This document shows, piece after piece, positions 26,137-45,329 of a stretch of 64,000 nucleotides of DNA; the stretch's first letter is position 1, and each line of letters opens with the position of its first letter. The notes under the pieces were generated by a model. It was not told where the DNA came from, searched no databases, and saw only the letters and a program-made list of their open reading frames with translations. Both the position numbers and the translations under genes were made by a program. Source of the stretch: Schmidtea polychroa (Eukaryota); the NCBI GenBank assembly GCA_044892525.1, contig CM097886.1, forward strand, positions 22,506,001 through 22,570,000, written 5' to 3'.

Positions 26137-29068
26137 TTGAGCGAGTCGAACTTAACTTTGTCCAGTGTGAAAGAAGAGTCAGATATCTTAGCAAAATACA
26201 TGAAACTGATGTATTCCAGATATGAGTATCAACAGAATCTGGCTCGACAAATGGCGAAATTAGTAAAAAATGGAATTAAAGATAGTCAGACGGATACGGT
26301 AGTAAAACTGATATCACAAGTCGAAGATGATCCAAAATATCATAAAGACACGCAAGCAATTCTATAGAAACTAGGCCTTGGAACACGCATGGGATCTACA
26401 AGATGCCCAGCTGAATATAAAACTCCCACAGGATAAGGAATATAATCTCGACAAAAATTTGAGGTGTTGAGCCGATAAACTAGTAGAGACATTGAAGGGT
26501 ATAAAACATCAAACATATGATTTGTACCTATGCGGAACAAAACTAGTAGCAAGCGAAACACTTCTACAGAACAGAATACTTCCCGACAGAGTGACAAAAC
26601 TCATCGCCTAAATGGGCACAAAAACAGTTGTATTCTTGATCACACAAATGAAATCAAGCAGTTGGATGAATCTCAACAATTAACCCTGCGACTAGGGTTG
26701 AAATTACAAAAATCAACGCGAGATGGAGAAACGATAAAGGAAATACTAGACTGTACGCTAGTATCACGAATACTGGTGGATATGTTGGAAGCGATAATCC
26801 CATTTATTTTACCTATAGTAAAGGAGACTTGCCAATTTCAGTCGCAAATCTAGGCGCTGATGAGGAAAAATGGGAAATCAATTCAAAGCTAGCCTGAGAG
26901 ACAAAGCAATATTAACTTAGACGCCCGAATGGTTGGAAAAGAACCATTACCAATGATATACAATTGTTTATTCAAAGTAAAAACATTGAGGATCCATGTG
27001 GTTGCCACCGAGCAAACAACAGGCATATTTCTGATAATGATTCACGGAAGGCAAGTGGAAACAATAAAGGTAATGATTATCTCAGTAACGGCACCCGAGT
27101 CTCAATGATCTACCAGACACAGTAGATGAAATAGTAGATGTGATTGAGGAAATAAGATTAGATTAAATTGATCCGCGTCAATATGTTTATATTCACGCTG
27201 AAAATTATTTCTCGCAATAGGTTAGATTGAATTCTGAGGAAACAAACGTAGGAGCAACGTCACAAGCAATAGAAAATCCGGAACCTGTAAAACCTCCAGT
27301 GAAACCGACAAAAGCTGGACGAGTTCGTTCTAGAAAAGATCTAATGAAACCTTCACCAAAAGAGCGTTTAAATATAAAAACTGAAGTTAATAAAATAACT
27401 GCAGCAATCAGGAAGACCATGGATTAACTGTCAAAGGATATCCCAGCAGGAGAAATTCAAGATGGAATAGAGCCATTCGTACAGCAAGAATTAACAAGAG
27501 GGAAGGTAATAATATCACTATCTATGATGGTTCAAAATTCCTTAGCCCAAGTTGGAGACGATAAAAGGCTCATAAGTCAAGAGATAAATCAAATTGTAGA
27601 ATTGGTAGATTATTATCTCGACTTCTGAATGACCGCAAATAGATTCCGGGACTATATAGCCCACCTAAAACCACGTTATAAAGTCGTAGAAGTAGTAAAT
27701 TTAGGAACAGGAAATATAACAAGCCTGGTATTCCTAATAATGATGGGTATATTAAAATAAACTATATATTCGCTTGTAGATGCAATTGAGTGCAAAGAAG
27801 CGTATCCAGAGAAAGTGCATTTAGGAGAAAAGGCCATGTATTGTTTACCAAGATAATGAATTTTATACAACATTTATAAAGTAATACAGAGTGCACAGAG
27901 TATTATTACGTTTGAATATTATTGCAGCAACCACATAGGCTTTCTAATCAACGAATTTAATAGAGGAGTTCCAAGTTGGGTTCCGATCAGGAACCTTACG
28001 AATTAATAATGAAGTGTTAGTAAAAGCGGAAGTGGGCAAGACCGTAGGAGTCACCATTACTTGAGGGGAACCATTGGACCCCACGAAACTTGCAAAAGAT
28101 GAAAGAAAGTCCGAGGAATATCGAGGAATATCGAGGATTTTTCAATCGAGCTGAGAGAATATGAAGGAACGTTTGAAGTCACCACAGGAAAGTTGATGGT
28201 ACATCTGCATTGTTTGATAAAGTTCGGGAAATGCAAAAGGGGAACTACCACGTTCATATATGAATCACTGATGAATCATTGTGAGTTGGCTCTGATCAAA
28301 AAATTAACTTTCACTAAATTGAATAAAACCAGGTATAGAGATGGACCAAACCCAGAGCAGGTTTGTGACAAAGCAAAGACCTTGAGAATTAAAAAGCAGG
28401 AGAAAGAACACATGGATCTCTTAAACACTACCAGTCCCACACTCACGTTATGAATCAGAAACAAATGATCGGTAGCAAGTGCAAATAGGCCGAATCAGAG
28501 GTTGTGTATGTTGGGCACATTATCTCAGAAGATGAAGTAAAACCAGATCCAGTAAATGTTGATGCCAAGAAATTCCCAGAGCCAAAAACCGTGAAGCATA
28601 TATTGTTTCTTTTGAGCGTTTTTTAGCCTAAGGAATGGAAATAGACTACCTGTATTTTACCAGAACCTACGAAGGATTTCGTATATTCAGAACATGTGAA
28701 AACAAGACACGATTCAAAATCAACATTTACTACGATTACCCAATTACACGTGAACTAAACTCCGAAAGAAGAGAAAAGTTTTTGACGACTTGACTATAGC
28801 TTACATGTAGTCGTTTCCCAGTTTGTGTGTACTAGTTGGGCAACTTTCCTAGCATCTCATTGGTGTTTAGAACTGCTGATTTTACGAAAAATATCAATAT
28901 CTTATGGAAAGAACAAAGTGTTGTTCTGACCGCAAATCCGTGGGGAGGAAAAGGTAAATTTCAATCTACTAGACGGAAAATCGACAATAGAAACCTTATA
29001 TCTAGACAGCAACAATCTTACTCAATGGGGTCTCGACGAGTGGTTTGAGGTATTTGAGGAAAGGCAAA
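26137..29068 (+). mobile_element. Highly decayed Ty3/Gypsy element (gag-like, RT, RNase H remnants)
   Basis: RKVDGTSALFDKVREMQK matches the RT KKKDGxxRLCVDYRxLNK motif; EVVYVGHIISEDEVKPDP...FPEPKTVK is the RT thumb; many stops and frameshifts; abuts the 3' end of the NeSL-like element. Confidence 0.65.
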
Positions 29069-32000
29069 ATTTATTTTATTAAAAATGTTAAACAAGTGCA
29101 CATTTAAGTACATCAAACAGGCATGGGCAAACTGTTGAAGGTTCTTCCATAACTAGAAATAGACATCAAGTGCACCCTTTTATGGATGTTAGTGCAATCA
29201 TCCTGGTCCTGGCTCTTGTGCTCATGTGTGGTACCCTCTGTGTAGCTCGTATGTTTTCCTTGACCCTCTGATAACTTTCTCAATCATTCTTTCTTTGGTC
29301 TGTTTGTAGTCTGTATATTTAATCCCAAGCTTCCTGAATATGGAGTTGTTGTCCTTGACCCATGTGCCTAAGGAGCAGACTATGAAGGTTTCGACGGTGG
29401 TATGTATTCCAGTCTGCTCCTTTATGTCCATTGCCAACTGTCTATATTTGTTCATATTTGCCGTCCTTGCCAATTCTATGGTTTCCTTGTTGTCGAAGGG
29501 GCACTTGATGTCTATTATGAATATCTGTTTGTTAGTGCGGACCACCACATCTGGTTTTAGGGTCTCTTTCGCTTCTTTTGGAATTGTCTCTACTTCGAAG
29601 TTCATGTTCTTGATCTTTAATATTTCTACTAGGGCCTTTTGTATTTCGTTATGTTTGGCCGTCCTTGACCTATTACCCTTTCTGCATATGTTTATCACAT
29701 GTGATGCTGATTCCTGTGGGCAATCACAATGCCTGCAATTGGTTGGAGCGATCCTACCTCCTTGGTTGGACTGCTTCATTCCGACATCCAGCATGTTTGC
29801 CCGGGCCTTTATAATGAATTTCCATTCTGGGTCTTTAAGGACCCGGCGCATTTTCCATTCCATTTCGTCGGATGTCGAAAGACTTATAATATAACCTTGG
29901 CATTTTGCAGCCAACCATATTTTGAAATATGCGTCCTTTATCATCCAGTGGAGGGTTTTTGATATATGATCTAAGTTTGGAGGTAGGATCCAATCTGGCT
30001 TATTGTCTGTGCTACATTTTATTGAGCAACCCACGGAGTCTCCTTTATAGATGAATGTTATCTCGATTCCGTGGGTTGTCTTTAGGGTTTTAATTGATTC
30101 TCTTGTTTTGTCCAGCCACGACTTCTTTGCGTCTTTCTGTCTTTTGTGCTCGTAGCTTCCTTCCAACCACTTGCAGGCATCTCTGATGTTCTGGATATCC
30201 ACTTCTGTTCTTGTTTGTGCGACATCTATTAGCTCCTCTCTCAAGATTTTGACAATGGGGAGGTGACCGCTGTTTATGAGTTTTATGAATCTGTTGAGGG
30301 CTTGGATTAGATATTCGACACTGACTTTTGTGATTCCAAGCCCTCCCCTCTCCTTTGGCGAATAGATGACAGCGTCCATAAGAGGGCTTTTATTTGGTAG
30401 GTCAAGGACGTTCTTGTCTTTTATCATTTTTCTTATTGTGTCGTCGAATTTATCTGAATGGGTTTTTGATATTTCCTCTGCTTGTAATGGGAATATGAAC
30501 TTGGAATGGCAAAACGTATTGTAGGCCTCGATCTTCTGGTGGGCTCTCAAGAGGGAGTTGAATATATTGTTGGTCTTTGCCTCTACCTCTTTGAAAACTT
30601 CGCCCAAGTCGCATTTCTTTTTTTGCCCAACTCGTACTCCTAGGTAGGTGTATTATGTATTATGTGCCTGATGTTCTGGCCGTTTATGGTGATGATGTTT
30701 TGCCATCCCAAGTCATCGTTTTTGTTCCTGTAGTAGCCACATTTTTCAGGCTTGAATGTGAGCCCAGCTAGTTTGGCTTTCTCAACTACGATGTTCAGCA
30801 TTTCTTGTATTTGGTGGTGTTGAGGAGCCATTAACACTAGGTCATCGGCATAAGCAAGGATGCTGATGTTTTCCCCCGCTATGTTTACACCTCTGTTGCA
30901 GTCTATCGCTGTTTGTATAAGGTATTCTATACACAGACTGAACAGAGTCATAGACAGGGGGCATCCCTGCTTTACTCCTTTGGTCTGCTTTATTTCGCTT
31001 GATTTTGTAGTTCCACTTTCGTAAATGGTGAAGCAGTCCCTATAGCACTCCTGCAGCAGATGGATGGTGCTTTTGTTCATACCCATCTTTTGCAGTGTGT
31101 GCCAAATTACTTCATAAGGGACGCTTCCGAAAGCATCTGCAAGGTCGAGGAATACCAGGTGGCACTGCTGGTTTTTGTATCTGGCTCTATTGCATTTTTC
31201 CCTCTTAACTTGTATAATATAGCTGTGTTCATCGCAGCCATTCGCTCTGTTTACAGCTTTCTGCCAACCGGAGATTAACTTGTTTCTGTGTACCCATTTC
31301 AACACTCTTTGATTTAGTACTTTCATGAAGATCCTATAGCTTGTTGGCATAACTGCTATAGGTCTCCAATTTGATGGGTTCTCCGGTTGGTTCCCTTTCC
31401 CCGGCTTTATTATTAGTTTTGTCGAATATTTTCTCCATACTTCGGGAATTTGATGCGTCTCCAGGATTTTGTTGAAGATAGGTCTTAGCGCATCAAATGC
31501 CATCCACTCCCTCCATTGTCTGAGTGGGATTTGGTCCATACCAGGTGCAGCATCTTTGCTGTTTATTATTGCTTCATCGATGTCTGCCCTGGTTATTGGT
31601 TGATTTGTTTCCCACTCAGGAGCACTTTTAATGGGTGCTGGTTTTTCTCTCATTTTCGGAGGAGTGGGTCTTTCGAAGTATGTGTCCATCACCGCTGTTG
31701 TTAAATCGGTAGACGGTTCCAGGATTCTGTCTATCTCCTTGATAGCCCTACCAGGTGCCACTGTGAATATTCTCTGTATCTGGTAGGAGCATTTGGCAAT
31801 TGTATAACTTTTATCTCTATGATTCCTTTGTGGTTTTCGATCTTTATTGAACAAATCAGTGAACCATTTGAGGATTTGATTGATGTCGGTCTTGTGCAGG
31901 CGGAAGCTGGTTATGATAGCCTCAATTGCTACATTTCTTTTGATTGAGGCTAGGCTATCATATTTGTCGATATTTTCCATTATGATATTTTTTAATTGCT

Positions 32001-33540
32001 CCCTGATTGCCATTGAGTTCGGGGTCGTAAATCTGATCCCTCTGTCGCTGGATAGGAAGTCGGATATGTATTGGAGTACGAATACCCCACAGTCATAATC
32101 ATTATCCTGTTTGGGGTATTCGTCAATTGATATTCTGTTGAATGGGGCTTGATCCTGTGTCGTCATCCTTAGTATTTCATCCATTTTGGCCTTTATTGTG
32201 TTTTTCTCTGATTCGGATATTTGGTCATCAGGATCAAGAATTACCGACTCCCTATTTTCTTTGTCCGCTAGGTATATTGACCAGGGACAGAGTTTCCAAT
32301 GGATCAGCCATACGACCCTATCAGAGCCTATGATTGTATCCAAATGGATATTTCTGTAGAGACCAGCCTTATTATTCTCTATCAAGTCCGAGGCACATGC
32401 TGGTTTAATATAGGCCACGGTATTTGGAGTAGGTATATTGAGCGATAGAAAATTTATGTAATATTCTATCGCTGTCTGTGATAGTCAGCTGGTCTCCGTA
32501 GGGATGTCCCCCTCTGTTGGTTTGATCGCCGGCTGCTGTATGTTCCTTTCTTTTGTATTGTATTCTCTATGGACCATTATATGTTTGATTGCTTCATTGA
32601 TAGTGATGATGGCTTTGCATATTTCACACTCTATTATTGGATCTCCGGAAAGTGGATGTATCTCTTTGAAGTGTTTGGCGGCATTGATATCTGTTGAGTA
32701 CGTGTACCTACTTTTGCAATTGCATTGGATTTTTAGTTCATCGTTGATTTTCATATTTGGCTTATTATAAGTGGTCGGTGGAGTATTTGCCGTTGACGGT
32801 CCTCCACCGGTACGTATTTTTTTGTTATCCTTTGTGTTTTCCGGGTATTCGGTGTCATCCACTTGTCTTTTTTTCTTTATGCTCTTGGACCTGATATTCT
32901 TTGGTTGTTGTTTCGATTTGCTGACTGATGTTGGTGCAGGTGTTGTGGGTTTCTTTACCAAATCTCTATCTGTTTCACTAATTTCTATATTTTCGTTGTT
33001 TGTGGTTATCTGTGGTTCTTCGAGAGCTGTGGGCTCTATTGTTATTGGCAGGTCCACAGTATCATGGACTGGTTCCTCAATGACTGCATCTATCATATCA
33101 GAGGAGGAAATTGAATCATCATGTTTTTCCTCCACTTCAATGGGTACTTCCATCGTTTCTGACTCCATTACATCTGTTTCATAGATTCCTCGATCCATCT
33201 CATTTTGGGTGTGTATTTGAACATTATTTGTCTCTCTTTTAAAAGGTTCAATCCTCCTTCTTAGTGAGAACCATTTCGTGAGCCCTACGATTGTTCTGTT
33301 TAACGTAAACTGGAAGAATTGGATAGCATCTGTTTGATCCTTTTGGCAGTCAAATCTATATGACCTCAAGGTGTCTATGATGATACTGATCCACTTAGGA
33401 AGCCTATGCTACATAATGTTACAAAAAGAGTATTCAAGGAAAATATGGTGATACATCCTGTAATGCGGCTTTATCTCAGGCAATATCCTGAGACGAAAAA
33501 ATTATATCGTGTGAACCCACTCCAAATTGGACAAGCTACG
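29068..33540 (-). mobile_element. NeSL-clade (RLE-type) non-LTR retrotransposon: C2H2 fingers - Ulp1-like cysteine protease - RT - CCHC - PD-(D/E)xK endonuclease
   Basis: 32485-33369 has two C2H2-like fingers. 30640-32418 has Ulp1 (IHW...QDNDYDCGVFV) and RT (WRPIA, FLDLADAFGSV, GVKQGCPLS, YADD). 29222-30607 has CRHCDCPQESASHVINIC and KPDVVVRTNKQIFIIDIKCP. One in-frame TGA (32485-7), one frameshift (~30625), ~150-nt 3' UTR ending AATAAAATAAA. 5' boundary uncertain. Confidence 0.92.
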
Positions 33541-33989
33541 AATCAAGTAAAAAAGGTCAAAGTAGCATGTAAAAAAAAGACAAGAAATAAAAAATAAATA
33601 AGACAACAATTTAAATTAAGTTAAGCAAACATCTACAAAAACTTTCACTGTTCTTAATGCCATCCCTAAAAATAGCCTGCTTATTTCATGAAGTTACCTG
33701 TAGGCTTATGGGTAACCATATCATTAGTATTGGCAATGACCATCATGGCAAAACTTTATTTCAAATAAGCAAGAAATGTTTAAGAAGAGATGCATATGAC
33801 ACTGTTTTGACAATTACCGACGTCATCAGTGGCAAAATCATATATCATAAAACATACAATTATGTAGAGCTTGTGATAGCATTAAAATCCCACACTCACG
33901 GGATGAATCAATATTGCTAATTTCGGCGAAGACTGTGCTGACAGAATCTTGAAAATTTACAACCTATTAAACGTCATTGGGTACCCAAA

Positions 33990-34530
33990 ACAAGGAGCTT
34001 TGGGGAAAAGATATTTGCGAGTGTTATACATTTGGTGGAACTCGAAGGGAATAATTTTGTATGAATTTTTATCTGAAAACGACACAATAAATTCAGAACA
34101 ATACTGCGCCCAACTAAATGAACTGAAGCTAGTCTTAGAACAGAATCAACCTGCATTAGCCAACAGAAAAGATATTGCTCTTCAACAAGACCACACATTC
34201 CTCTGCCACCTGAAACGATTTATCGAAACTCAATTTTGATCCATCCATCCTACTCTCTCGCCTTGCACCATCCGATTACTTCCTACTTAGATCACCTCAA
34301 AATAGCTTAACTGATAAGACATTTTGTTCCTTGAAAGAGTTGAAAAGTCACTTCTTTAGCCAGAATCCCCAGAGCGTCTGTGGGAACTGCTCATGTAACT
34401 GTCCGAGAGACGGAACAAGGTGATAAAACTCAATGGAAAACAATTTACTGATTAAATGTGATTTTTAATAAATAAATTTTTAGCTTCATTTTGTTCTAAA
34501 AAAACAGCACGAATTTATGCATCATAATAT
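33990..34530 (+). mobile_element. mariner (DD34D-type) transposase 3' fragment with right TIR
   Basis: YIWWNSKGIILYEFLSENDTINSEQYCAQL...NRKDIALQQD; terminal AAAAACAGCACGAATTTATGCATCATAATA resembles a mariner TIR. Confidence 0.78.
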
Positions 34531-35002
34531 TATTCACAAAAATTTGCATAAAAATAACGTTTGAAAATTATTTCATAAAAATATCTTTCACTACTTTTTA
34601 AATTATCTTACGTTTTTTACTTTAATTTCCCAGGCAAAATTTCATCAAAATAAACTTTAATTATTTAAAAATTATTTACATAATTTGCTTATTTTTAAAT
34701 ATAATCTCTCAGAAGACATCGTGGCACACTCCAAAAGTTAATTTTAACGTGAAAAAATTTCACTATATTGTTTCACATTGAGACAGGAGTTACCACTGCT
34801 GCAGAGTGCTACTATTTACCTACTTAAGTCTTTATTTGAAAATGTTTTATAGTGAAATTATGTTTGAAAGAGAATGGGACGAAAGAAATTTGTTAGAATT
34901 GGGAAATAATCAAGTTCTGTCACCATACCAATTGGTGATAAAAAGACAAATAAAATTTATTTATCGTGTAAATGAGCATTACTAATATAAAATGAAACCG
35001 AT

Positions 35003-35065
35003 GCTCGCATCAGGAAAATCTGATGTCGGTGTCGACATTTACAGATTCACCATCATTGAGTGAAC
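35003..35065 (-). promoter_or_regulatory. Type II SECIS element in the TrxR 3' UTR
   Basis: Minus strand A-UGAU GGUGAAUCUG UAA AUGUCG-ACAC-CGACAU CAGAUUUUCC UGAU: non-Watson-Crick quartet, 10-bp helix II, unpaired AA, 6-bp mini-stem; about 65 nt after the stop. Confidence 0.9.
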
Positions 35066-35129
35066 ATAAAATTTCATTTATTTTCTCGAAATTCGATTCC
35101 AAGTCCTTTATCAAGACTCAAAATCGAAA

Positions 35130-40752
<5,623 letters not shown>

Positions 40753-43199
40753 TTTAATTCCTAAAAACAATTCACATTTTTATATAGATTAAGTAAATAA
40801 ATCAAAAACCTGTTGCGAATGACCGTGATGCACAATAAGTCACAATAATAGCATAGCGACAAAATCTCATACTGAAATCCAAGAATATCCAAAATAATGA
40901 TATTTTAAAAATTTAGTATGTCAAAAAATAATAGAACTAAAAATCAAATCAAGAAATAACTTGAATTTAACCAGAACAAAACTAATTTTAAATTTTATTA
41001 ATTACCAATATTTTAAAACATTTAGCTCAAAATCGGAGTTTTTAAACAAAGAAAATAATTTAATATAATTTAAATAATTGAAATAAAAATGATATAATAA
41101 AGAAATTAATTATTGATAAAGACGAGAGTAACTAAATATTTATTAAAATAAAAATGTTGATTAATCTTTTTAAAATTTATTGAGAAAAATTCTTTTTAAT
41201 TTTATTTAATAATGCTGTTAGGTAATATATTGTGAATAATTTGACTTAGTAAATTAAAATGTGTTTTATAATTTAATAATTCATTTGTCCGATTAGTTGA
41301 GATAATTAGTCTCAAGTAAAAATTATTATTTTCGTGTTTATTTTGTCTTTTCTTAAAAATTAATACCCAATTTACCTAAAAATAACTCGGCTTTTTATTT
41401 TCTAATAAATCGAATGATTACTACTTAAAATTTTCAAATTGAAATAATCTTTTTATAATTTACGTTCTTTGTAGAATATATTAAATGTAAAAAAGAATAA
41501 TAATAATAAATAAAAATATTAATTAAATGATTAAATAAAAATTAATTATAAAAGTAAAAAAAACTATTAATAATAATAAAATAATAATAAATATATAATA
41601 AAATAATTAATTAATAAATGTAATAAATTAAAAATTATTAAAAGTATTAATTAAAATCAAATCATAATAAAAATATAATAACATGTAATAGATTAAATAG
41701 AAGTAATTAAATAAAATTTAAATTAAAAAATTGATACGATTGGTCTATATTTGATCTTGACATTAAATGATACTAAACTTGAAAGTGAGTTGGAGTCCTT
41801 ACTACATCTCATTGTACATAAACCTTTATTTAATGAAATCCTTTTATTAATAGTAGAATAGTTAAACAAACTTTGGGAGTTTTAATTTAATAGTAATATA
41901 GAACGTAGTTAGTCACGAATGAGATAGAAAAGCTTTGGCTTCAAGATGAAAAGTAGACTTCAAATAATAATTTACTTCAAGTGTATTGTTAGTATTTAAT
42001 TGTTAATACCAAAAGTATTTAATTTTTATCATCTATTATTAATAACTATTCTTTTTCGCTACGATAAATTACAGTATTAATGTTACCTGCGCTAATAATT
42101 TAGTTTTTTTAATGGGTTCTTTGCAGTAGACCCTGTGGAGAAGTTTAGACATGACGTCGCGCATTATATATCCGAATCATCCCAAAAGGCCGAAAACCCC
42201 AAAGCACTAGTTCGGCGGTGCAGCAGAATAGAGACGACGTGGTTCAGACTAGAACATGCCTGCAATTTGAATCATGGAAAAAACCTCAGAATGAAGATCA
42301 AGATATAATCACTTATCTCAAGATTACGATACTAAAACAAGTGCAGAAGATTATAGAACCCCGTGCGGGAATTCACACAGATGCTGGGGTCAAACCAATT
42401 CAGTCTTACTCAGAAACAGAGCTGTTTCCAGCTATAGTAGTCCTTATCTCGAGATTTCCAACAGTTGCTCCAGTATCTAAAAACCATGCAAACTCAGACC
42501 TGGAATGTTCCAAAGAAATTGAATCTGTATCTAGAATCTAGATCATGAAGCTCTCAATAAAACCGGTTAAAACATAGTAATAACTTTTAAATAAAACACA
42601 ACTAAATTCGAATCACTGTTTTCATTAAAATTCAGTCAAATTAAAGTCTGGTAATTAGAGAAATGTAAATCAAGTAAAATATTGTACCATTACTGATACC
42701 AACCAACATTTCTAACCCCTGAGATGTTGGGAATCGCGATGATATTAAAGATAGAAACTATTATGTTGTACTTTTAAAAATAGAAAATTGTTTTCAAATA
42801 ACAAATATTATTGACAAATAACAAGAATTGTCACTTTAAATTAAGAGCAACAAAAATTTAGTATACTGAGGAAATTTCCAGTTAAACCACGCCTAAAAAT
42901 CATTGTGATTAAGAAGAATTTAATTGTTGTTATTGACTATTAGAAATTTTAATGTAGAGCATCGAGATCANNNNNNNNNNNNNNNNNNNNNNNNNNNNNN
43001 NNNNNNNNNNNNNNNNNNNNNNNNNNNNNNNNNNNNNNNNNNNNNNNNNNNNNNNNNNNNNNNNNNNNNNNNNNNNNNNNNNNNNNNNNNNNNNNNNNTT
43101 AAACTGTAATATTTGTATCAGATAAATATTTTGTATTCATAATATCAGTAAAATTTATTAACCACTATCGACTTAGTTATTTATATACGATCATCGAGT

Positions 43200-43610
43200 T
43201 GAGATTATGTGAACCTCAACACGTTTTGTTTTCATACCACAGTGAATAATTTGTGATGACAGTTGGCTGAGCCAGTATAGTGTAGGGCTAAGCTGCAAAC
43301 CGAATTTCTTCCATAGATTTAAGAAAATGCTTTTGATTTTAAATGCTATTATTTTAATAATTCATACATACCATACATGCGCAATTCAAACACAAGACAT
43401 AAATGGCCATGATACATGAAGCGATTCTTAAGGTGAGTAATACAATTGGCATTCCAATGAAGCACTGTCACTATGTCCTGATCTTCCTGATATTTTGCAA
43501 AACTTCTCAATAATCTGATATCTGTTTCCACTTATTGAACAAAACTTCTCCAATTACATGTAATTTTTAAATGCAACTGGTGTCGTAACCAATCTAATGG
43601 CGGCTGCCTT
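43200..43610 (-). pseudogene. DYRK-family (CMGC) protein kinase pseudogene fragment
   Basis: VAFK / ...FVQ*VETDIRLL...ITHLKNRFMYHGHLCLVFEL and IIHCGMK resemble DYRK1 (VAIK..QAQIEVRLL..VHLKRHFMFRNHLCLVFE..IIHCDLK). In-frame stop, frameshift, and catalytic Asp changed to Gly. Confidence 0.55.
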
Positions 43611-44188
43611 TTCGGTTGATAAATATAATGATATGAATTTCTAAATAGTCGGCAGCTGTTTGCTAACAATATCGTGATTAAACAATGAAAATTTGAAAAG
43701 TGTTTATAAGATGAGTAGGATATTTCATATGGAATGTAGATTTTTATTTTTAAATTATGCAAAGGATGACTGTTTGAATCTTTCAAACTACCCATGGCTT
43801 CCAAAAAATTTCTGTTTCTGTAAATCAAAATGAAGATGTAGATGGTTGCTGTTTCTTAATTTTTGCATAAATTTGGAATTCCTTATGAGTTCCTTATCAA
43901 TTCCAGCTGCTACAATTTACATAATACTATTTTTATTCTCTTTTTATTGTTCTTCTTGTAGCTGCATTCAACCTTTGTTGATCTTTCAATTTTAGTTTCT
44001 GAAAATATATCCCCTCTTTTTTAGTTGTTTTATGAGTTTCTTTCTGAATAGTAAGGCCTATAAAATATTATCACTGAATTGAAAAACTACTTCAAAAATT
44101 ATTATTTACTACTTACTTACAGTTATTAAAGAAATTATAAAAATTTAATTTAGAAAATAGACACAAAAATACAGCTATTATAGATATA

Positions 44189-45329
44189 AAGGGTGTCCCG
44201 AATTAACGCAAAATTTTAATTTACCGCCATTTGTGCAGTAAATTGTTGGCAACCCTGAAAAAAGACAATTTGACAGATGAGAGTTTAGGGTTAGTAAAAA
44301 TGGAGCGTTACACGATTCAACAACGTGTTTTCATTGGCGGCCACAGTTCGAAAATTTCATACAAAATATGGTCGGAATAGTGTTTTAACTTCGTCAACTG
44401 TGAAGAGATTAATTGAAAAATGCAGGGTTGGTAAAAATCACAGAACATCTATTCAGCGTTGTAGACAAGAATTGCAAATTTCAAGAAGCTCTCTACAGCA
44501 TATACTTCCAAGAGATCTGTATTTATATGCCTACAAAATTCAATTAACACAACAACTGAAGCCTGATGACCATGCACAGCGAAGAGAGTTCGTTAAATGA
44601 ATTATTTAACATCAACAAGTGGATGGTCATTTTTCGAGCAAAATCATCCTAAGCGATGAAGCACATTTTCGCCTTGATGGCTTTGGTTATCGCCAAAATT
44701 GCGTGTTTAGGGTTCGGAGCACCCACATGTGATTGTCGAAAAACAAATGCATCCGCAACGTGTCAGTGTTTGGTGCGAATTTTAGGTTGGTGGCATCATT
44801 GTACTATAATTTTTGAAAATGAGGCTGGACAAGCGGTGACTGTTACTGGTGCTCAATATCTCGACATAATAACACAGTTCTTTCTGTCGAAATTTGATGA
44901 TATTAATTTGGCCAATATATGGTTTCAAAAAGACGGTGCCACATGCCATACAGCCCGTGAAACAATTCACTTAACGCATGAGACATTTCTTGGCCATGTA
45001 CTCTCTCATTTAGGTTATCAGAATTGGTCCCCTAGATCGTGTGATTTAACACCATTAAATTTCGTTTATGTGGTTATTTAATGTCAACAAGTCCACAACC
45101 ACCCGTGCATTACAGCAGGAAATTAAAAGCTACATCAACGAAATTCAGCAACATTTAAAAAAGATTGTGTATGTGTCAGCAAAGCCGTGGAGGCTATTTG
45201 CCCGATGTGTTATTCGATAAATAATCCTATTCTATGCACTTTATGATTCAATAAAAAAACAACAATCTCAAGTCTAAAAACTGTGTTTTCTATTTAATTC
45301 AAATCTTGCGTTAATATTGGGACACCCTT
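44189..45329 (+). mobile_element. Tc1/mariner DD41D (rosa/Visitor-type) transposon, full-length ends, disrupted ORF
   Basis: TA flanks; TIR AAGGGTGTCCC(G/A)AxxTTAACGCAA. Motifs SDEAHF, WFQKDGATCH and WSPRSCDLTPLNF, with 41 residues between the second and third catalytic positions. Confidence 0.92.

Noticed and set aside
28193-28263. HUH/Rep-like motifs (VHLHCLI and EMQKGNYHVHI)
   Set aside because: The overlapping frame reads RKVDGTSALFDKVREMQK, a decayed Gypsy RT motif, and RT thumb motifs follow. No Rep motif III or helicase.
29165-29201. SECIS-like AUGA...AAAA...UGAU in the NeSL-like 3' UTR (would make the in-frame UGA a Sec codon)
   Set aside because: Helix II is asymmetric (13 vs 9 nt) and its two possible stems overlap. 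It does not fold like the TrxR SECIS.
33468-33510. Sm-site-like AAUUUUUUCG plus hairpin at the 5' end of the NeSL-like element (possible SL RNA or snRNA target, or HDV-like ribozyme)
   Set aside because: No splice-donor or leader structure, no snRNA homology, and no HDV P1.1 or catalytic C. It can also be read as degraded coding sequence.
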